Shown: one piece after another, positions 11,869 to 20,878 of the stretch
Layout of the letters: each line of letters opens with the position of its first letter
How positions within the stretch are numbered: position 1 is the stretch's first letter
Assembly (NCBI GenBank): GCA_963823665.1
Contig: CAWGMQ010000007.1
Location: 256,001-320,000 of the forward strand
DNA from: an uncultured Planctomycetota bacterium
Lineage (GTDB): Bacteria; Planctomycetota; Planctomycetia; Isosphaerales; Isosphaeraceae
Reading direction: 5' to 3'
Length of the DNA: 64,000 nt
The notes under the pieces: model-generated
What the model was told of the DNA's origin: nothing
Databases searched by the model: none
What the model saw: the letters and a program-made list of their open reading frames with translations, nothing else
Made by a program: the position numbers and the translations under genes

Positions 11869-11946
11869 TCAGACCCGTCGGGTCCAATGGTCCTGATGGC
11901 GTTTCAAGTGGGAGACCGAGATTACGCGAGCGGTTTTTCCGATCCA
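11869..11946 (-). pseudogene. C-terminal remnant of a ParE/RelE toxin
   Basis: Frame reads WIGKTARVISVSHLKRHQDHWTRRV*, resembling the ParE C-terminus (VIAVAHxKRxPxYW), directly after the antitoxin. Confidence 0.55.
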
Positions 11947-12185
11947 CTCGAGCGCCCTTCCAGCCGTCGGCGCACTCGATCTCGAACCACAGACCATGGT
12001 GCCGTCTGGACGGCGCCGGAGTCTATTTCTGCGGAGCGGCGATTGATTTCAACCAGCAATTCCGGGTCGAACGGAAGTTCGCTCTCGTAGCTTCGTGAAG
12101 CGATTAGCGCGTCGACGAGATCCAGGCGTTCTTCTTCTGGTAACGTCAATGCGAGTTGGAGTACTTGTTGGGCCGCGGGGCTCAT
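11922..12185 (-). CDS. Addiction module antitoxin component (TIGR02574-like)
   Basis: MSPAAQQVLQLALTLPEEERLDLVDALIAS...EINRRSAEIDSGAVQTAPW. Confidence 0.8.
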   Translation of the reverse strand: MSPAAQQVLQLALTLPEEERLDLVDALIASRSYESELPFDPELLVEINRRSAEIDSGAVQTAPWSVVRDRVRRRLEGRSSGSEKPLA

Positions 12186-12279
12186 TGATAGTTCGTCCAG
12201 GGAGTCAGGGACCGATGCCAGAACAAACGCCATTTTACTCCCTGCCGCCGGCGGAGTCGAGCGGCCGTCGCGCTGTCGT

Positions 12280-12588
12280 TCAAGCAGGATTGGGGTTCTT
12301 CTGCGGCAAGAGGACGCGGCGAAGTGCCATGCCGGCGTATGCTCCTGCAAAGGCGAAAGGAAGCGCCAGGAGCGATCCGTAATTGCGGTGAAGTGCGATT
12401 CCCTGCGCAGGAATCCACAACCCGACGGCGAGGGCCCAGAGCCACGGCCGGCCGGCGGCGCCCAGGATGCCCGTGACAAGCAAAATGGCCGCCACGGTGA
12501 CGCCGGTGTCATCCCAGTTCGGCCGTGAATCGACGTAGGCGATGCCGGCACCAATGGTCAGCGCGGCCACGAATAGCACTTTGTTCAT
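12280..12588 (-). CDS. Small membrane protein
   Basis: Four hydrophobic segments, YVDSRPNWDDTGV. Confidence 0.75.
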   Translation of the reverse strand: MNKVLFVAALTIGAGIAYVDSRPNWDDTGVTVAAILLVTGILGAAGRPWLWALAVGLWIPAQGIALHRNYGSLLALPFAFAGAYAGMALRRVLLPQKNPNPA

Positions 12589-12679
12589 CCGGAAATACCC
12601 TCGCTCGAGCTGTCATTTAACTTTGCAATGCAAAGTATCTTACCGGCGAGAGCGAGTGAGTCAAGGTGTTGATTAATCG

Positions 12680-14242
12680 TCAGCGCTTCAGCTCGCGCTT
12701 CAGGTTTTCGAGGGACTTGAGCGTCTCGTCGAGTTTGCGCTCCATGACTTCGAGGCGATGCTGCGCGCCGGGATCCGCGATGGGCTTCTGAACGCTCGTG
12801 CCGCGGGCGCGCGGCTCGGTGAAGTAAACCTCGACGCGGCTCCTGTTCTTCAACTCCTCGAAACTGGTGAACGATCCGACGAGCTTCAGTTTTTCCATCA
12901 TCAGGTTCGGGTGCAAAATGTCGTGGATGTACGCTTCCTTCGACACGCCTCGTTGCTTTTCTAGAAACTGATACAACGCGTCGAGGTTCATCCCACATTG
13001 CGACGCGACGCGCCCGGCCTCGGCTTCGACCTCCGCGGCGGTGACTGTGATCCCGCGGCGCTGGCATTCGCGTTCGAGGATCGCTTTGTAGATGAGCACT
13101 TCGAGCTCCTTCGCGCCGTATTTCGCCAAACACTGCTCGACCAGCGCGTTGCGCGCGATGGGTGTATCGTTCACCCGCGCGACGATCGCGGTTGGCTGGT
13201 CTGCGGCTGGCTGCACCGGCATCGGCCGCGGGGCAACCTGGGGCGTATGGCATGCCATACAGTTCTCCCTCGGACTGACTGGACACACGATCTGGTGGTC
13301 TCGCGCCGGCATTGGGGCACCACTCGCTTGCTTCACTTCCCCCGTTTGATTGCGCTGATCGGCCGACATTCCCTTGCCGACGACCGCTAGACCGACGGCC
13401 ACCGCGAGCCCACCAACCATCAGTTTCATCACGCTCATGGAAATACTCCGCGAAACATCCACCATCAGGGCCATCGCGCTTGCCGAGACCGCCTCGGCAG
13501 CCGTCGCCCGACCTTTTGCTTTCACGACCTGAAAGGCAGCTTTGAGTGTGGCTTCCACGAGAGCGGGTGGCGTGGCCGCGAGGCCTCGGCCGGCGGCCAG
13601 CGCCGCGGTGAGTGCGCCAATGGTCGGGGCGAGGCCACGGCGCGACAGCCGGGTTCGAAGCCGAGCGCGGCCGCGTGCCAGGCGGCTCTCGAGCGTGCCG
13701 ACCGGGCAGCCGATCCGGCCGGCCGCTTGCTCGTGCGTGAGACCTTCGACGAGACAGAGCACGATTGCGGCACGGAACGGCGCGGGCAGCCGGGCGAGCT
13801 CTTCGTGGAGGGCCCGCCTCAGCTCGTCATCCTGGCATTCGAGCGGGACCGACGGACACATTCGTTCGGCTGCCCGCTGCTCATGTCGCCGTCGCCGGGC
13901 CGCCGCCGATCGGGCGCAGGAGGCCGTCCGATAGGCGACCTGATGGAGCCAGGCGCCGAGTGAGTCGCGCACCCAGAGCGATCTCGCCCGGCGCACAAGG
14001 ACAAGGAAAGTCGCCTGGAACGCGTCGTCAACATCCTGGCGGTCGCGCAGGATGGAGCAACACGTGCGGAGGACCATCGGGCCGTGCCGCTCGACCAGAA
14101 TGGCGAACGCGGGCTCGGCTGCCTCGCCGCACCGCGACGTGAAACGGTGCAGGAGCTGCCCGTCAGTCAAGTTCCCCATTGTTCCCGAGTCGAATAAAGC
14201 CTGGACGTTGCGGATGACCGCGCCTTGCCGAACTCTTGACAT
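12680..14242 (-). CDS. ECF sigma-70 factor with C-terminal extension (TM, CxxCH, SurA-N-like domain)
   Basis: LVERHGPMV, DAFQATFLVL, region 4 GCPVGTLESRLARGR; TM ~aa275-290; CMACH; IVARVNDTPI...RGITVTAAEVEAE. Confidence 0.88.
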   Translation of the reverse strand: MSRVRQGAVIRNVQALFDSGTMGNLTDGQLLHRFTSRCGEAAEPAFAILVERHGPMVLRTCCSILRDRQDVDDAFQATFLVLVRRARSLWVRDSLGAWLHQVAYRTASCARSAAARRRRHEQRAAERMCPSVPLECQDDELRRALHEELARLPAPFRAAIVLCLVEGLTHEQAAGRIGCPVGTLESRLARGRARLRTRLSRRGLAPTIGALTAALAAGRGLAATPPALVEATLKAAFQVVKAKGRATAAEAVSASAMALMVDVSRSISMSVMKLMVGGLAVAVGLAVVGKGMSADQRNQTGEVKQASGAPMPARDHQIVCPVSPRENCMACHTPQVAPRPMPVQPAADQPTAIVARVNDTPIARNALVEQCLAKYGAKELEVLIYKAILERECQRRGITVTAAEVEAEAGRVASQCGMNLDALYQFLEKQRGVSKEAYIHDILHPNLMMEKLKLVGSFTSFEELKNRSRVEVYFTEPRARGTSVQKPIADPGAQHRLEVMERKLDETLKSLENLKRELKR

Positions 14243-14415
14243 CAGCTCGTCTCCACGTTTGGTGATCGGCCCCCTTCACCCTGAAGTGTAATGTCACGGG
14301 CAGGGCCGGGCAGTCCCGCGGTTTTCGGGATGCAGGCTTTTCTTTCCGAGTATGCGATGGACGATCCCTGCGGCGCCGCTTCAAAATCGTACAGAGGACG
14401 GGCTGGCAACCAGAA

Positions 14416-14823
14416 TCAGCGGCCGGCGGCTTCTGCTGGATTGCCTTGTTCGAGGGCTTTCTTCGCTGGCGATCGCATCTTTTTCACCGTGTCCTGGACG
14501 AGCAAATCGTATCGTGCTCGATTCTCGTAGGTCGGCGAGTACTGCCCTTGCAAGTCTTTAAGCGAGCGCAGCACACGATCGCCGTTGCCCGCCTCGAGTT
14601 CGAGGATCGCCGCGTCGATCAGCTCTTTCGTCGCGCGACCAAACCACGCGTTGGAATTAAACCGCTCGAACGATCCGACCAGGGCGGCGACGCCGAAGGA
14701 GAACAGAATAGCCGCGATCCCCAGGCCAATGCGCAGCCTGCGTCGGTCCTGGAACTCCGAGGCGAGCCAGGCAATCGGTGCAGCGACGACCAGTAGTAAG
14801 AGCAATACCCCGAGAGCGCTCAT
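14416..14823 (-). CDS. Hypothetical membrane protein (cassette-like)
   Basis: Two N-terminal TM helices; 3' end overlaps attC-like palindrome 14404-14454. Confidence 0.7.
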   Translation of the reverse strand: MSALGVLLLLLVVAAPIAWLASEFQDRRRLRIGLGIAAILFSFGVAALVGSFERFNSNAWFGRATKELIDAAILELEAGNGDRVLRSLKDLQGQYSPTYENRARYDLLVQDTVKKMRSPAKKALEQGNPAEAAGR

Positions 14824-14883
14824 TGCTTCGTCTCTTTCGCCGAAAATCGTCGGCCCGCGCAGCGAATGCGCCTGATGCTTTCG

Positions 14884-15354
14884 TCAGTCCTCATCGCTAT
14901 CGGGCAGCCGCGTCATGAACGTGCTATTGGGATCGTCACTGTAACCCTCAATTGGCCCACACGGCTCAAAGCCAAAAGAGGCGTACAGCCGCCTCGCCGG
15001 TTCGAAATGAGCCTTTGAGCCAGTCTCCAAGCTGAGGCGGCGATACCCGCGACGTGTGGCCTCTGCGATGATGCGTTGCAGGATTGTCGACGCGATGCCC
15101 TTTCTCCGGTGTCGCTTCGACGTGCGCATGGATTTAATTTCGCCGTGCTCTTTGGTCAGCTCCTTGAGGGCGCCGCACCCGGCGAGCTCGTCGCCGATCC
15201 AAGCCGACCAGAACGTGATCTCGGACCTTCGCAGTGCTGCTGGATCAAGCGCGTGGACGCTCTCGGGTGGCGAGATGCTTCGCATTTCTCTCAGGTGCTC
15301 CTCGAGAAGAGCGACGACCGCTCCGTCTTCCAAGGTATCGATGCGAATCTCCAA
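14884..15354 (-). CDS. GNAT N-acetyltransferase
   Basis: SPPESVHALD, HGEIKSMRT, RRKGIAS, LSLETGS; TTG start with AAGGAG RBS. Confidence 0.88.
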   Translation of the reverse strand: MEIRIDTLEDGAVVALLEEHLREMRSISPPESVHALDPAALRRSEITFWSAWIGDELAGCGALKELTKEHGEIKSMRTSKRHRRKGIASTILQRIIAEATRRGYRRLSLETGSKAHFEPARRLYASFGFEPCGPIEGYSDDPNSTFMTRLPDSDED

Positions 15355-15379
15355 CCCTTGACTCCTTCGTCTGGTTACG

Positions 15380-15756
15380 TCACTTCCTCGATCTCGCCAT
15401 CCACGACTCGATAATTTCAAACCAGGTCCGAATCGTCGCCCGCCTCGGGAGCGGATACCGCTGGCATGCCTCCCGCCACGCCTCGGAGTCCGAGCGCCCA
15501 GCTTTTCGCAAATCAGCGGTCAGGTAAGCTCGCTCAGTAGCTGCATCATCGAATGGGTGGCGTGCCAATATCTTTTTATGATCGCGGCGTTGTCGATTGC
15601 GTAATGAAGAAGTCCAGCGCGATCGACTTCAACGTGCGGTCGTGCGCCGTCTTCCGAGTAGCCGAACGTAGGTAACTGGTGATCAGGCGCTCCGATCCGC
15701 GCTGCCAGTTCTCGAACTGTGTTCTCGATCTCAGGCAGTCCGGGCACTTTCGCCAC
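15380..15756 (-). pseudogene. Imm63-like immunity protein, internally deleted/frameshifted
   Basis: LAARIGAPDHQLPTFGYSEDGARPHVEVD...HY followed by out-of-frame HPFDD...YPLP. Confidence 0.55.
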
Positions 15757-15762
15757 GCCTGG

Positions 15763-16200
15763 TTAGCCCCGCCTTCGACGTAAATCTGCCGACTCCACGC
15801 CAACATCCAGGCTACCGCAAATGGCTCGCAACTGCGACTCCGGGATCAGTCCATCGTTGCAGCACCGCACGAGGAAGCGGTAAGTCGCCTCCGTGACCGA
15901 GTGACGGGCCTCACGAAGCGCCGCATGGGCGACGCGCCGCGGCGGGTCCGGCGGCCCGTGGATTTCCGGATCGCTCGGGAAAAACGTCTGCGTCCGATGC
16001 TCTGCCACGTACTCGTCCTGCGCCGCCTTGAGCCGGCGGAATCGCGACTCATAGCCGTCGATGATCTCCAAGGCATGCTGGGCTTGAGCGACCCAGAAGT
16101 CGAGGTTGGCCACGTGACCGGCGAGCTGATGCGTGTTGAGGGTAACGAAGCGCGACAACTGGTCGGCGACGATCTTGGCCACATTCTCCGAGAACGACAT
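15763..16200 (-). CDS. Hypothetical protein
   Basis: Protein-like composition, GGAGGG RBS. Confidence 0.75.
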   Translation of the reverse strand: MSFSENVAKIVADQLSRFVTLNTHQLAGHVANLDFWVAQAQHALEIIDGYESRFRRLKAAQDEYVAEHRTQTFFPSDPEIHGPPDPPRRVAHAALREARHSVTEATYRFLVRCCNDGLIPESQLRAICGSLDVGVESADLRRRRG

Positions 16201-16267
16201 GGTCCGCCCTCCCCGCCGGCTACGGCTAAGATCAACGGCGCGCAGCCAGGCGGAATCTTTCAGCCCG

Positions 16268-16606
16268 TCAAGAAATCGCTTGTTGATCTTGGTCAACTCT
16301 TGGAAGCTCTCCTGCCGCCAGCAGGTGCTGTCGATACGCGGCCACGATCTCTTCGACCGTCCGCGCCGCCCAGTGAGCGATCTCCTCATCAAACCGGCGC
16401 AAACGCGCGTCATTGTCATCGCGCCCGCAGGGGGGGACCCGAGCGCAGTCCGATTTGAGGGCACGAATCCTCGCCGCCCGAACCTCCTCGGCCGCCCGTT
16501 CGACGGCCTCTGGTTTCACGCCAGAGCTCAGGATACGCAGCAGGTGTTGCTCCCGACGTTTAAAGCCCTCGCGCTTCTTGCCGTACCACGGAATGTAGTT
16601 GGACAT
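16268..16606 (-). CDS. Hypothetical protein
   Basis: MSNYIPWYGKKRE... helical ORF co-oriented with the array. Confidence 0.55.
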   Translation of the reverse strand: MSNYIPWYGKKREGFKRREQHLLRILSSGVKPEAVERAAEEVRAARIRALKSDCARVPPCGRDDNDARLRRFDEEIAHWAARTVEEIVAAYRQHLLAAGELPRVDQDQQAIS

Positions 16607-16717
16607 CCAGGTCGAGCCTCGCGCTCCCGCTCTGGTCGCGTTGGCTTTCACGAAGAAATTGCGCGGTCTCTCACGCCCCGAGAGCAGTGGCCAGCCGCGG
16701 GCCGACCCGCTGCGCTG

Positions 16718-16981
16718 CTATGCTAGACACATCGGCCGCGGCACGGGTTCAGTTCTGGTATAGCTCCGGACGCCCGCGCCCAGCGACCGGATGAACACCA
16801 AGCCGCCGAAGTCCCGATCTCGTGTCAGAAAGAACCTACCCTCAGCCTGCGCGACCCGCAGCAGCCCGGCGTCCTCGGAGCGCGACATGCCCCTCTCAGC
16901 GGCGGTGGCCACATCGAGGCCGAGATTACGCACGTACTGCACCTTGGCGGCGTACACGTATTGGTCCGCGAGGAGCCTCAC
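16718..16981 (-). pseudogene. DUF5615 PIN-like toxin, C-terminally truncated
   Basis: VRLLADQYV...LLRVAQAEGRFFLTRDRDFGGLVF, then sequence diverges; GTG overlaps DUF433 stop. Confidence 0.7.
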
Positions 16982-17208
16982 GCCGTCTCCGCCAAGCGGA
17001 TGTCCTCGAGCGCGATCAGGTCGATCGCATACAGGATGCAGGCCCGGACGTCCTCCGGAGCCAGGTCCGGGTAATAGTCGCGGCGAATCTCCGCGACGGG
17101 ATTCCCTTCTCGCACCAGTTCCAACACGCTCTGGACCGTGATCCGCGTGCCCGCGGCGCAGGGTTTGCCGAAGTGGATCCGAGGGCTGACTTCGATACGT
17201 TCGTGCAT
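16978..17208 (-). CDS. DUF433 antitoxin
   Basis: IEVSPRIHFGKPCAAGTRITVQSVLEL...YPDLAPEDVRACILYA. Confidence 0.88.
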   Translation of the reverse strand: MHERIEVSPRIHFGKPCAAGTRITVQSVLELVREGNPVAEIRRDYYPDLAPEDVRACILYAIDLIALEDIRLAETA

Positions 17209-17374
17209 GCTTAGACCTCCGGAAACATGGCCTGATCGAAGCACGGCGACCCGCCGGGAAGCAACCGAGGGATAGACTCGCCAACCCGGCAAAGCCGGGC
17301 TTCTTGAACATTGATTGGAGGTCCGGCTTCGCGGAATCCAATCCGTCGTGGTCGGACCTCGCTCGGACGCCAAC

Positions 17375-17860
17375 TCAGTCTGGGCTAAATTTTACCCTGG
17401 TTACCCGGCCACGTTCAAAGTAGACGATCCCCCAGTCGGAATCGCCCGGTCCGGCCGACGCTGGGCGAAACACGAGGGTGCCCTGGATGACGAGTTCGCT
17501 CCCCTTCTGGGATGGATCGAGCGGATTGGCGGGCCAACCTGTCCCGCGCTGGTGGTGGGCCATGATCGTCTCGACATCGGCAGGGGTCATCCCGGCCCTG
17601 ACCTTGAAGAGATCGGCGAAGAAAGAGTCGCGGGTTGGCCACGGCACGAGATGGATCACGACCAGAGAAAGACCGATGGCAGCGAGAGTGACGACGGCTT
17701 TCCTCTGCTGGGCGAGCGGCCGCCAGCGTAGCAGGCCGACTGCGAAGAGGAGGAGGACGAGCAGATAAACCCACCCGGGCGGAGGATAGCCCACGAACAG
17801 TTCGTCGAGGACGAGGACAAATGCGGCCAACGAGGTGATAAAGAGGATCAGCGGTCGCAT
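17375..17860 (-). CDS. Hypothetical membrane protein (cassette)
   Basis: Three TM helices, VRAGMTPADVETIM; ATG begins 5 bp after the attC GTTAGAC. Confidence 0.75.
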   Translation of the reverse strand: MRPLILFITSLAAFVLVLDELFVGYPPPGWVYLLVLLLFAVGLLRWRPLAQQRKAVVTLAAIGLSLVVIHLVPWPTRDSFFADLFKVRAGMTPADVETIMAHHQRGTGWPANPLDPSQKGSELVIQGTLVFRPASAGPGDSDWGIVYFERGRVTRVKFSPD

Positions 17861-17864
17861 TTCA

Positions 17865-17924
17865 GTCTAACGCCCAAATTCTGCGGCTCGCCGAAGGCGG
17901 GTCCGCTGGATCGCTTTGTTAGCC
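17865..17924 (-). repeat. attC-like site
   Basis: Minus strand GGCTAAC...CAGCGGACCCGCC TTC GGCGAGCCGCAG...GTTAGAC, 60 bp imperfect palindrome. Confidence 0.75.
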
Positions 17925-17984
17925 CAGCCGCAGTCACAAATTATCACAAGGCGCCGCAACGGGCCGGGCCGCTGTGGAGCCAGG

Positions 17985-18209
17985 TCAGGCGGCGCCCCCG
18001 TCAGCATCAGCCTCATCAGGCTCCTGATCGGGCGGATTGCTCAGCATGCTGATGATGTGCCGAGCCAGATGCTCCTTGATCTCGCGGTGTCGCGGGAGCG
18101 GCTGGGAGACCCCGGTCGTCTGGTTCCGGTACCAGTCGTGCCGCCCGCCGTGGCGGACCAAGATGCATCCGAACCCCTCAATCGTGCGGACCAGATCAAC
18201 CCGCTTCAC
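17985..18209 (-). CDS. hicA: HicA family toxin
   Basis: MKRVDLVRTIEGFGCILVRHGGRHDWYRN...QPLPRHREI. Confidence 0.85.
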   Translation of the reverse strand: MKRVDLVRTIEGFGCILVRHGGRHDWYRNQTTGVSQPLPRHREIKEHLARHIISMLSNPPDQEPDEADADGGAA

Positions 18210-18397
18210 GGGACCACCAACTCGTCAACCTTGCGGATTCCCGGCAACTCGCCGCTCGTCAGGTCCCGGTACAAGTCGATGAGATGATCCTTCAGATCGT
18301 CCAGGGAGTCGCCCTGGGTCCAGTAGTCGGGATAATCGAGCAAGTATCCGAGGAAGGCATCCCCGTCCCGCCAGTGCACAAACTTGATGGTTTGCAT
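18206..18397 (-). CDS. hicB: HicB-like antitoxin
   Basis: FLGYLLDYPDYWTQGDSLDDLKDHLIDLY; overlaps hicA start. Confidence 0.82.
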   Translation of the reverse strand: MQTIKFVHWRDGDAFLGYLLDYPDYWTQGDSLDDLKDHLIDLYRDLTSGELPGIRKVDELVVP

Positions 18398-18557
18398 AGA
18401 GAGGCTCCGCGGCCGGCGCATCACGGCAGGATTGTACCTCGGGGCGTCGCCCGCGGGCAACCGGCCCGTGGTCGTCGAACAACCAAGCTCAGGGCCCACC
18501 GGTAAGCAGGTCCGAGCGGCAATCCGGCCGGTGCCAACCGGGCCAACCTGATCCGCG

Positions 18558-18803
18558 TCAGGGATTGCCATTGCCCCCGGTGGGCGCGGACACCGGGCCA
18601 TTTACCTCGACCTGGTTGACGAGGAGCAGGTCGACGATGCTGAACTTCTCGTCATCGTGGTAGACGATGACCGTCCGGCCGGACGGTGAGTGCGATAGGA
18701 ACTCGCTGTGGGGGACATGCAGGGCCCGCCCATCGGCCATGTGGATCGTGAAGGGCCGGAAGGGCCGTGCCTGATCGACATTGCGAAGCTGCTCGATGGT
18801 CAT
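18558..18803 (-). CDS. Small planctomycete-type hypothetical protein
   Basis: ARPFRPFTIHMADGRALHVPHSEF. Confidence 0.75.
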   Translation of the reverse strand: MTIEQLRNVDQARPFRPFTIHMADGRALHVPHSEFLSHSPSGRTVIVYHDDEKFSIVDLLLVNQVEVNGPVSAPTGGNGNP

Positions 18804-19022
18804 CGGAGTCCTAGACGGTAGTGCAGATCGCCGCAGCGCGAGCGACGAGGTGATTGTACCACAGGGGGTCTGCCCCATGCGACTCGGCCTGACCGATCGT
18901 TGAGCGATCCTGCCGCCGAGCGTTTCCGAAGCTCAGGGCTCTGCGTGCTCATCGCCGGGCTTCTTGAACATCGATTGGAGGTCCGGCTCCGCGGACTCCA
19001 ATCCATCATGGTTCGCCGGCGC

Positions 19023-19107
19023 TCATGGCAGTGCCAACGCGGCCTTCAGACAGTCGTCGAGTTTCTGTCCCATGGCCGGCGACGAGGACGACGTCACCCC
19101 GGTTCAT
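19023..19107 (-). pseudogene. PemK/MazF toxin with most of its body deleted
   Basis: MNRGDVVLV (N-term) joined out of frame to SPAMGQKLDDCLKAALALP* (C-term). Confidence 0.65.
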
Positions 19108-19355
19108 GGCTCATCCGGGAGATCGTCGTACTCGTCCATGTCCTCCCAACCCGCCTGCTTGCCTGCTTCCCACGCCAAAGCTTGGAGCTCCTCCCCCGTC
19201 CATGGGCTGTCGTCGTACTCATCGTGCTTGAGCCGCTCGTATTCGTCGAGCCGGAGAAATACGAAAGTCTCCCCGGTCCGGGGGCTCACTAGACGGAGCG
19301 AGGCGGTCTCGCAATCCTCGATCGCCTGCCATTGCTGCTCGTTCAGTTCGATCAT
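19104..19355 (-). CDS. Probable antitoxin partner of the PemK remnant
   Basis: MIELNEQQ...GWEDMDEYDD acidic tail; ATGA overlap with toxin remnant. Confidence 0.7.
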   Translation of the reverse strand: MIELNEQQWQAIEDCETASLRLVSPRTGETFVFLRLDEYERLKHDEYDDSPWTGEELQALAWEAGKQAGWEDMDEYDDLPDEP

Positions 19356-19401
19356 TGGGGGGCTTCTCCATACCCGCACCGTACCGCCGCCGCGCTCCGC
19401 C

Positions 19402-19461
19402 GTCCATCGCCGAGGCTCAGCGGTCCGCCGCAGGCGGGGCCGCTGGATCGCCACGTTGGCC
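19402..19461 (-). repeat. attC-like site (degenerate R')
   Basis: GCTCAGCGGTCCGCC GCA GGCGGGGCCGCTG core, GTTGGCC end on + strand. Confidence 0.6.
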
Positions 19462-19516
19462 GGGCCGCCATGGCCTTCATCGCGCCCTGGACCGCTGTTG
19501 GGTGCATCACGTTTGT

Positions 19517-19657
19517 TAGCCCCATTTCTCAACGTACTTCGTGATAACATCAGCCAGGCTCGGACGGCAGAGGGCCGCATATTCCTGAGCCATCCTCCCA
19601 AGCACAGACCCACGAACTCCATCCTCTGGTGGGAGCGGTGGTCGGATCGAACCGCAT
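19517..19657 (-). pseudogene. Internally deleted copy of the gene at 24648-25490
   Basis: 19517-19620 matches 24648-24751 and 19627 onward matches 25461 onward; ~700 bp missing. Confidence 0.75.
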
Positions 19658-19685
19658 AGCACACGGCCCTTCCATGTCAGGCGAG

Positions 19686-20033
19686 TTAGCCGTCAGCGTG
19701 GTCGCCGCGATGCCGGGCCTTGGGCCAACGAATCCGGTCCGGCGCGACACTCGACGGGGGCCAGAGGCGACGGGGCCTCAGCTCAAATGTGAAGAAGTAG
19801 TTGTCGAACGAGACGTCCGTCGGGCCGGCGGCCCAGCCCCGAATACGCTTCTCGACCGCGACCCATCGGCGCCGCCGCCTCAGGATGCTCGGCTTCTCGT
19901 AGCGGTCCAATCGCCTCTTATGCCATTTGGCGTGGGAGATCGGGTGGCCGCCCTCCTCGTGGAGCAGCCTGCGCAACCGCTTGAGGCCATCGGCGAGCGA
20001 TTCACCGCCTGCGATCTCAACTCTGACACCCAT
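19686..20033 (-). CDS. Ribosomal protein bS21-like protein, copy 1
   Basis: MGVRVEIAGGESLADGLKRLRR...KRRLDRYEKPSILRRRRR resembles bS21 (ESxxxALxRF...YEKPS). Confidence 0.6.
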   Translation of the reverse strand: MGVRVEIAGGESLADGLKRLRRLLHEEGGHPISHAKWHKRRLDRYEKPSILRRRRRWVAVEKRIRGWAAGPTDVSFDNYFFTFELRPRRLWPPSSVAPDRIRWPKARHRGDHADG

Positions 20034-20206
20034 GTCGCGCGTCTTGACGGCCGACGCGAAGCCGTGGAAACGGATGACTGAACCCCCCGGGGATGAGCAG
20101 CCTGACTCGAAATCGCCCGAAGTCTTGATTGGCTCTCCATCCGTGGACACGCAAGCTTACCACCCGTGTCCGGCAAGGCCAAGCCGGCTTTCTCCAGCGA
20201 TCGCCG

Positions 20207-20306
20207 GCCTGACGGCTGGCGGCTCAGCGGCCCGGGCCACCAAAGTGAGTTCGTGCGCATCGACGAGTGCTGCGGCGGTTCGGGTCCGCTGCGGCGCCGG
20301 TTAGCC
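20207..20306 (-). repeat. attC-like site
   Basis: GCTCAGCGGCCCG...CGGGTCCGCTG; the upstream ORF TAA (20301-20303) lies in the GGCTAAC box. Confidence 0.65.
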
Positions 20307-20614
20307 GTCGGCGCGCTTCTGATCCGCGACCCACGTCGCAGCGTCATGATAGATCCGCGCCATCGGACAAGGCAGTCGGTCCTCCGCCCTGAGCCATGTC
20401 AGGTGGACCTGCGCCACTCGCCCGGATCCATCCTCGATCGCGAACAGCACGTCATCGCGGTCAGGGCGGCGGCCGATGGCGCGCAGTGGCAAGCCATAGA
20501 GGCAATGGCCCGGCTACAACTCCCGACGCAGCTCCGCCTCGACCGCCTCGACGTGAGACGGCAGATCGAAGGGTTGCCACGGCCCGATCCATTCCACAGC
20601 CAGTCCCCCGCCAT
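20301..20614 (-). pseudogene. Hypothetical cassette gene with in-frame TAG
   Basis: ...ELRREL*PGHCLYGLPLRAIGRRPDRDDVLFAIEDGSGRVAQVHLTW. Confidence 0.6.
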
Positions 20615-20673
20615 GTAACGTCCAAGATCAGCGGCCCGTCGGCAGGCGGGTCCGCTGCAACCGAATCTTAGGC
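20613..20673 (-). repeat. attC-like site
   Basis: ATGTAAC...GATCAGCGGCCCGTC GGCA GGCGGGTCCGCTG...CTTAGGC on + strand. Confidence 0.65.
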
Positions 20674-20878
20674 TCGGCTCGGCCGGGTCCGGAGGATTTC
20701 ACGAGAAGTCTCTTCGGACGCCGGCGAGTAACATTGTAGATCGCCGTGGAGGTCGTCAGGGCCATCGCTGATCCAGGCACGGCCGATGATGCGAGGGGTC
20801 GGGTCGGGCTGCCGGACCGTTTGTCCGGCGAGAATCGCGACCCTCTTTCAGCCCTCAGTGCGACGCAACTTGATCAGG

